59,659 nucleotides of DNA from Ancylonema sp. (taxonomy: Eukaryota), in NCBI GenBank assembly GCA_050230475.1, contig JBFLGF010000175.1, forward strand, positions 1 to 59,659, in the 5' to 3' direction. This document shows, in pieces, positions 52,481 to 59,659 of the stretch; the stretch's first letter is position 1, and every line of letters starts with the position of its first letter. The notes beneath the pieces were generated by a model. It saw only the letters and a list, made by a program, of their open reading frames with translations. It had not been told where the DNA came from and ran no database searches. The position numbers and the translations under genes were made by a program.

Positions 52481-54189
52481 CTCCCATTCCGCTCCGTGGC
52501 GTATGTTACAAAGTCGAATCCGAAGATTGTCGCTAAAAATAAGGATATTGTATTGCTCTCTCCTTTCGTTTTAAAGCATTTCTTCACCATATCGTATACA
52601 TCAGTAATGTTTTTTTTTCAAATGTAATATTTATCACATCCAATATTGACGTAGTAAGTGGTATATTACGTCACAACCACGCTATAGACATAACTTTCCC
52701 AAATTCGTGTGAGCGTAATTTGGCGCTAGCAAACTGACTATTACAATTTACAATTTGGAGGGGCATCGTGACTTTAGAGGATTTGTTGCCAAATAAGTAT
52801 TTTGTGTTTGTAACGATGGTGTTTGTAACAAAATAAGACTTAAATGGCTATCTTGGAGAACATGATGTTGGCCTTGCGAGGACCATCATGGTGTACCATT
52901 TGGAGAACTCTTTTTAAAACCTTGGCACAAGGGCTACGATGTGTAGATTCGGTTTATCTCACCTCCTAGTTAACGATAGGATGAGGGGTTGCGCCCTCCT
53001 CATGTCATGACGAATGGGTGGGGACGGGACATAATATTCAAGAATCTTATGGTGGGTATTGAAGGGGTCACAATCCACGTGCCAAACATTGTGGATTTGT
53101 AAAATGCAAAAGACGGAAGAGCTTGTGTCAATTTGGGGGGGGGAGGGGGTCATATCCATTTTAAATTCATGACATGTATGATACCGTGTGACAACGAAAT
53201 TATTACATCAGTTGTATACACAAAGGGCATGACTAATGTGTAGTTGCGTTTGTAGCTAGCACCCTGCAACACGCTTGAGTCAGCATGAGTGTGAAAATCA
53301 ACATTCATTCACACGAACAACCAAGCATTGCTTTAGGGACACGCACTGCTCTAACACGCGTGGCGGCTTTTGAGAGGAAATGGCAGAAAAATCCTTTTGT
53401 AGGTCCGCAAACATATGTAAGCTGACGCCCTCATACCGAGAAAGTTTGTATTCACCTCTTACAATCTTAGACGTTGCCACAAATCCCACTTGTCTATCTC
53501 ATCTCAAAGTTCAATGATTGGAAACACACACTCTGGACAAGAGATACCAACGTTGTATGGTACCAAAGTGGAGGAAGTATAGTATGTCACCATGAATTGG
53601 AAATGCATAGATTGATAGAATGAAAGGCTTATAAGTGGTTCAACTATCCTTGACTAGTGAATATGGTTTGAACAGATAATGCATGCATTGCTGTAGAGAG
53701 GGAGAAATGATGAGGAGTCTATATCAGGGAAGCAGACACACGTTCACATCGGTTTGTGGGTAGGATAGGCATGGCACCAGACCATCTATGATAGCATTTA
53801 TTATTTTCACCAATACAGGTCCCCTCATCTGAAAACACCAGATGTGACAGAGTAACACCGAGCAAACTCATACCTACTTCCTACCAGGATCCCTTTCTAT
53901 GAAACATTTGACAAACTTCAGCGAATTTTCGGTGCAATGGTGGCACCCACGCAGCATAGCTCATTCTGTGCCTTCACTTAAGCCCCAAACCATTACAGTC
54001 CCATCCTACTTTCCTGACGCATCTCCCTTATGCTACCTCGATGAGCTCGACAATTTGCAACCCCCTCCTCATCTATGCTTGCTCCAATAATGGTGTGCAT
54101 TCGGTGACATACCATCTCTTCTAGATAGATGCTATCTTCAACAATTGCACTCATCTCTCTTCCCCCTTCCCCCCATGACCTTCTGCACT

Positions 54190-57100
54190 CTACACCTTTG
54201 CCGCTTTGAATTTGGTCATCAACTCGATGAAGTCGTTGAACACTGCACAGGAGGCAAACATGAATTCAGTACTGTCGCAAATGAGGGCGTGCCCATGCTC
54301 TCCCTTCAGCCACCCCCACATCTATTCCCTTCCCAAAGCCTAACTCCTCACTCATTCAAAGCCCCCCGCATCCCTTATGAGAACCACAAAAACAACTTCA
54401 CACCCCACTCCTCTGAATCTAGCAGCCAGAACAGCAGATTTCCCTTTCCCTTTGGATGCTGGCCTCATACCCTCTCCTCCATGTCCACACCATTGACCAT
54501 GCTCACCTGGATCCGAGTCATGTGGTCCCGGGGAGGACTCGGGGTGGTACTGGATGCTCATCGCGTTCATCACCGGGAAGCTCAGTCCCGCACACGTCCC
54601 GTCATTGAGATTGATATGCGTCACCTCCACCCCCTCCGGCAAGGTGGTGGGGTCTACAGCGTAGTTGTGGTTCTGGGCGCTGATCTCCACCCTCCCTGTG
54701 CTCACTTGCCTCACAGGGTGGTTCCCCCCGTGGTGCCCAAACTTCATTTTGAAGGTGGACCCCCCCAGCGCCTGCGCCAGCAGCTGGTGGCCCATGCAGA
54801 TGCCCAGCACCGGGGCCTTGCCCACCAGAGCCTTTATGCTCTCTACGGCGTACGGGACGGCGGAGGGGTCGCCTGGACCATTGCTGCGGGGATGGGAGGT
54901 GGGGAGGATGGGGTGGGGTTGCATGTTTTACTGCGTCATGGTCTTTGAAGCCATTCCTGTCCTATGCCACGTTCAAAAACATGAAAGGACAGAAGGACAT
55001 CCCATCCTATTCTATTTTGCTCCTCCCCTCTGTTGGTTGGCACCTGAAAAGGATCCCGTCCGGGTTGAGCGCCAGCACATCCTCTGCCGGGTGGGTGGAG
55101 GGCACCACAGTGATCTTGCAGCCGTAGGAGGCAAGGCGGCGCAAAATGTTGTTCTTGCACCCGTAGTCGTAGGCCACCACCTGGAGGGGGCGGAGGAGAG
55201 GGGGGCTTCAGGATCCTGAACCTCATTCTGCCGATGTGCCTATACCAAGGGGTGCTTACATTGAACTTCTCGGAGACTCCGGTGGTGTTGAACTTCCAGT
55301 TCTCAGCTGTACCGTCCGACCAAACGTACGGCTTCTCGCATGTCACTCCTGTGATCAGATCCTTGCCTGAACCGCCACCGGCACCCCTGGTGCCACCTGT
55401 CACTCTCATGCCAGCAGCATGCGGCATGCACCACCTGGTTTCGCCCCTCACCCACGATGTTGAAGTCTTTGGCCATGCCCACCAACTCCTCGTCGCTCTT
55501 GCTGCCGTCCGTGGTCAGGACACCTGGCAGGAGAAAACAACAGAAGGCACTGTCCATGTCAAATTCCATGTCTCCACTGCACCCCCTACTGGAGCGCGAA
55601 ACCCATTCCTTCACTGCTCCACCCTCCACTCCCCTCCTCCCTGCGACCCCCCACATGAGTGAAGCCTGGCCGTGATTGGACCCCCAGTGGCTCACCGTTC
55701 AGACTGCCCACTTCCCTCAGGCGCTTCGTGATGGCCCGGGTGTCCAGGTCAGCTGCGCCCACACCACGGGAACGCACACTTCAGCTCATGCTTCACTCAA
55801 CGTGCCTCTTTTCTCTCTTCTATTGATTTCTAGGGTTCAGCAACCACAGCAGACGTGCCCTGCCTTGGCATGGCATCTGGGTTTCTATACGGAGGTGTGG
55901 CTGTGAAGGGGGGTGTTACCGATGCCCATCACGTTGCGCTGCTTGAGGTAATCGGGGAGGGTCTGAGTGGAGCGCCAGTTGGAGACGCTGCAAAACAATT
56001 TCAAAAATAAAAAGAAAATAAAAAATTGGAAATGAGGATACAGAGTGGTGTGAATTCCACCATTCTTGGAAGGTGGAAGAAAGTGTCGGTGTGGAATGCT
56101 GTCTTGCAATGATGATGTCGCGCGACGTAGGGAAGGACCAGTCACTCTGCGGTAGAGTGAACGAAGCAATACATCCAAAACCTCGGAAGACGGAGGTCGC
56201 AGGGTGTGATTTGGGAGGTGGAGAGAACTGAAGCGGGGCCCACAGGCTTACCTCGGGCTGAGGCTGCGGATGACAAGGCCGGACATGAAGCACGTGCGAG
56301 ACTCTTCATCGTCTGCAGGGGCGGGCGGGGGGAGGGTTCAGAGATAGCTCTGGGATTTGATTCGGTGGAGTGCTTTTCAAACAGGCAGATCGGAGTGCAC
56401 AATAGCCATGGCCCTGAGCTGCATAAATTTGGTTCTATTCTTCATTTCATTTTGTGACGATTGCCAAAGTTGTGCGGAGATGTGAAGGCAGGCAGGCAGG
56501 TCGTGGAGGCGGGTTGTGGGGTCAGCAAGGTGTAGACGATGGTTGTTGTGTTACCCGTGTTCACCCCCGTGTTGCCGAGGTGAGGGGCCGTCATGAGGAC
56601 GAACTGGCCAGCATAACTGGGATCTGTTAGACTCTCCTGGTACCTGGGCGCAGCAGGGTGAAAAGGCGTTAGAGAAAGGATGAATGGTACCACTCGGCAC
56701 TGTCCTGGTGCGCCCTCGATTCACTCAGATTACGACGATGAAGTTCTAGCGTGGACTGCCACAGTAAAATCAACTTGTGTGTGCCTGTCCGGTGAGGTTG
56801 CAGCATTGGGCTGCATTCGCACCCAGTGAGAGAGGTGTTGAAGACCACTTCGCCCGTCTGCGTGCCCTTGGCGCCGAACGATTTGCCCTTCCACACTGAC
56901 CCATCCTCCAGCACCAATCGGCAGTCGGACAACTTCCAGGGGCGCTCGATAGCTGACAAACACGCAGCACAGCAGGTCCGAATTCTCTTCAATGCGCCAT
57001 CCACACGAGGATGTGAAGGGGTTCGAAATAACATCATTCACATATGAACCTATGGACCTACGCAGTTCTGAACCTATGGATTGATAGACAACATGTGAAT

Positions 57101-57545
57101 AAGTGAGCGCGATGACACAAACAGCGGAAATGCGAAGGTGACACATCTCGATTGAGATCTAGATCTAGAAGGAGTCGATAGGCGAGCAGGAGAAGTTCAC
57201 AACGCCTGAATGCGAGAAGGGTGTTACTGTCTCTCTTGACTCCGGCGTGATATCTGGTGCTGGACTACTGGACTTACTCGCAGTGGAAGTTGCTTGGCAG
57301 GTGACTGAAGCCCGGCACGCGGATGTGGGAGTAGAGAAGCTATCGAGGCGGAGAAGTTGGGCAGTAGACTTGCCGAAAAGGGCAGAAGCAGAGGAGGATG
57401 CGGAGTGTCGAAGGGCTGAGGTGTTGCGAAGAGCTGATGAATGCGACGGGATTGCGACAGACCGCCAGAATGCAGTATTGTCAGCTGGGGTTATCCGACT
57501 GACTGCAGATCCGGCAACGAAGCTACACGAGGCTAGGGCAGCCAT
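54190..57545 (-). CDS. carA: Carbamoyl-phosphate synthase small subunit, plastid-targeted, copy 2
   Basis: Same exon structure and catalytic motifs as copy 1, with scattered substitutions (e.g. [15 protein letters not shown]) and intron indels. No frameshift or premature stop found. Confidence 0.93.
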
Positions 57546-58184
57546 GGCTTGACTGCTGCACACACTGATTGTTAAGCAACTGTTTTGGAGGAAACGTAAA
57601 CCACAACTGGAACTGCACCAAATGAACGGCAAGAACTCGCAAAGCGGAAACTTTGTCCTCGGAAATAAGCTGGGAAGTTGGCCCACACTACTGCTTCCAA
57701 CACTGGAGAGACTACGATTTAGTTCGACGGATCTGACGGCAGGGACGGATCTGAGCGGAGCTGAACAAGGGCTCTACTCCGTCAAGACAACAAATATTCC
57801 AAATACAGGGGAACCCGAATAGATGCTCCCCCCTTTCATCCATATGTTGCATTCATGCGGCGCTTCTTCCCACACGCAGCATCGATATTCCATTGGCTGT
57901 AAACAAATTTCGTGCGGCGCCGTCTCTGCATTTGGCAGTAGATCTCCACGTGTCGCCTCCAATGTGGTAAGATCCACAGTAGGAGCCAGGACTCGCGAAT
58001 CGGCAAAGAAGTGCTCCCGTGCTCAGTATGGCCAATGAGAAGGCGCCGAATTGCCATGTAGCCATCCATATGGGACCAACTGCGGACGTGTGAAAATAGA
58101 CCGCTTGGCCCGATCCCTCAAAATAAGCGGCGCCGTTTCTTTTCTGACTTTGAGTTCTGGACGACCAGTGTCGATTCACGACTG

Positions 58185-58570
58185 TCGCATGGGTCCCCAG
58201 CCTAATTTCCCTGGAGACTGGAGACTGCGCAGTCTCCAGTCTCAAGGGATGGACCAGTCTAAATTAGACTGGAGTCCAGATCCAGTCCACCAGTCTACCA
58301 GTCCGTAATGGACACGTGTTTGATTTATAGGTATTGGCCGGGGAGTTTCCACGTTCTTCATGTATGTTCACACGTGTCCAGTCTAATTCCAATCCACCTA
58401 GTCTAATATTGCACGTGACCAGTCTCCAGTCCGGACTGCAACAAAATTATCCAGTCTGCCATCTCCCGTCGTGGACTGCCCCACCCAAAAGAGTTTTTGG
58501 ATTCTGCTGGATTGCGCAGTCTCCAGTCCGGGGGCGCGCAGTCTTGGACTGGAGACTGGGGCCCATGCTA
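58185..58570. mobile_element. hAT-type MITE (386 bp) with an 8-bp TSD
   Basis: TIRs TCGCATGGGTCCCCAG / CTGGGGCCCATGCTA; flanks CACGACTG (58177-58184) and CACGACCG (58571-58578); many GACTGG/CCAGTC subterminal motifs. Confidence 0.8.
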
Positions 58571-59075
58571 CACGACCGTTGCAATTGTGGACGCCATAGA
58601 GACGTCCACTCAACTCAACTCTTAACTCTTAACTCATTAAGTCAACTCAGACTTAACTCTTACTCAAATGTGTCAACTGGAACTGCACCAAATGAACGGC
58701 AAGAACTCGCAAAGCGGAATCTTTGTCCTCGGAAATAAGCTGGGAAGTTGGCCCACACTACTGCTTCCAGCACTGGAGAGACTACGATTTAGTTCGACGG
58801 ATCTGACGGCAGGGACGGATCTGAGCTGAGCTGAACAAGGGCTCTACTCCGTCAAGACAACAAATATTCCAAATACAGGGGAACCCGAATAGATGCTCCC
58901 CCCTTTCATCCATATGTTGCATTCATGCGGCGCTTCTTCCCACACGCAGCATCGATATTCCATTGGCTGTAAACAAATTTCGTGCGGCGCCGTCTCTGCA
59001 TTTGGCAGTAGATCTCCACGTGTCGCCTCCAATGTGGTAAGATCCACAGTAGGAGCCAGGACTCGCGAATCGGCA

Positions 59076-59602
59076 GGGTTCGAAATAACATCATTCACAT
59101 ATGAACCTATGGACCTACGCAGTTCTGAACCTATGGATTGATAGACAACATGTGAATAAGTGAGCGCGATGACACAAACAGCGGAAATGCGAAGGTGACA
59201 CATCTCGATTGAGATCTAGATCTAGAAGGAGTCGATAGGCGAGCAGGAGAAGTTCACAACGCCTGAATGCGAGAAGGGTGTTACTGTCTCTCTTGACTCC
59301 GGCGTGATATCTGGTGCTGGACTACTGGACTTACTCGCAGTGGAAGTTGCTTGGCAGGTGACTGAAGCCCGGCACGCGGATGTGGGAGTAGAGAAGCTAT
59401 CGAGGCGGAGAAGTTGGGCAGTAGACTTGCCGAAAAGGGCAGAAGCAGAGGAGGATGCGGAGTGTCGAAGGGCTGAGGTGTTGCGAAGAGCTGATGAATG
59501 CGACGGGATTGCGACAGACCGCCAGAATGCAGTATTGTCAGCTGGGGTTATCCGACTGACTGCAGATCCGGCAACGAAGCTACACGAGGCTAGGGCAGCC
59601 AT
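59076..59602 (-). pseudogene. carA: Third, partial carA copy (exon 1 plus part of intron 1), apparently identical to copy 2
   Basis: 59076-59659 equals ~57018-57602 (offset 2057), preceded by 58674-59075, a copy of ~57604-58005. Confidence 0.7.
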
Positions 59603-59659
59603 GGCTTGACTGCTGCACACACTGATTGTTAAGCAACTGTTTTGGAGGAAACGTAAACC

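Noticed and set aside
3021..57545. Functional gene cluster (e.g. ACR plus carA as a nitrogen-metabolism module)
   Set aside because: The genes have unrelated functions and are separated by about 27 kb containing other genes, so there is no evidence beyond proximity.
1..59659. CRISPR array or prokaryotic operon/defence system
   Set aside because: No regularly spaced repeat-spacer array was seen, and all recognisable genes are spliceosomal-intron-containing eukaryotic genes.

Overview
Eukaryotic, intron-rich nuclear DNA from a green plant-lineage organism (inferred to be a streptophyte, plausibly an alga, from a PPR4-type RRM-PPR gene, a plant-type ACR protein and short GC-rich introns). Genes in order: Ser/Thr phosphatase PP5 (+, 11 exons, one bounded by a U12-type AT-AC intron), peroxisomal enoyl-CoA hydratase 2 (-, ends in PTS1 SRL), a 5'-truncated and disabled plasma-membrane H+-ATPase pseudogene (+), an ACT-domain-repeat protein (-), a PPR4-like RRM-PPR protein (-), a UBE2S/UBC22-type E2 (-) and two apparently intact, diverged tandem copies of the carbamoyl-phosphate synthase small subunit carA (-), plus an exon-1 fragment of a third. 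Intergenic DNA holds Ty1/copia remnants, a solo LTR with a TSD, CRE-like RLE non-LTR remnants, hAT-type MITEs, long foldback structures and five decayed copies of an unidentified, apparently protein-coding repeat. Several near-identical 1-4 kb tandem duplications (two with an N at the junction) look like assembly artefacts. No prokaryotic-type system such as a CRISPR array was seen. The most notable items are the AT-AC minor intron, the unidentified coding repeat family, the carA duplication and a 73-bp-arm hairpin built from two tail-to-tail retroelement 3' ends.
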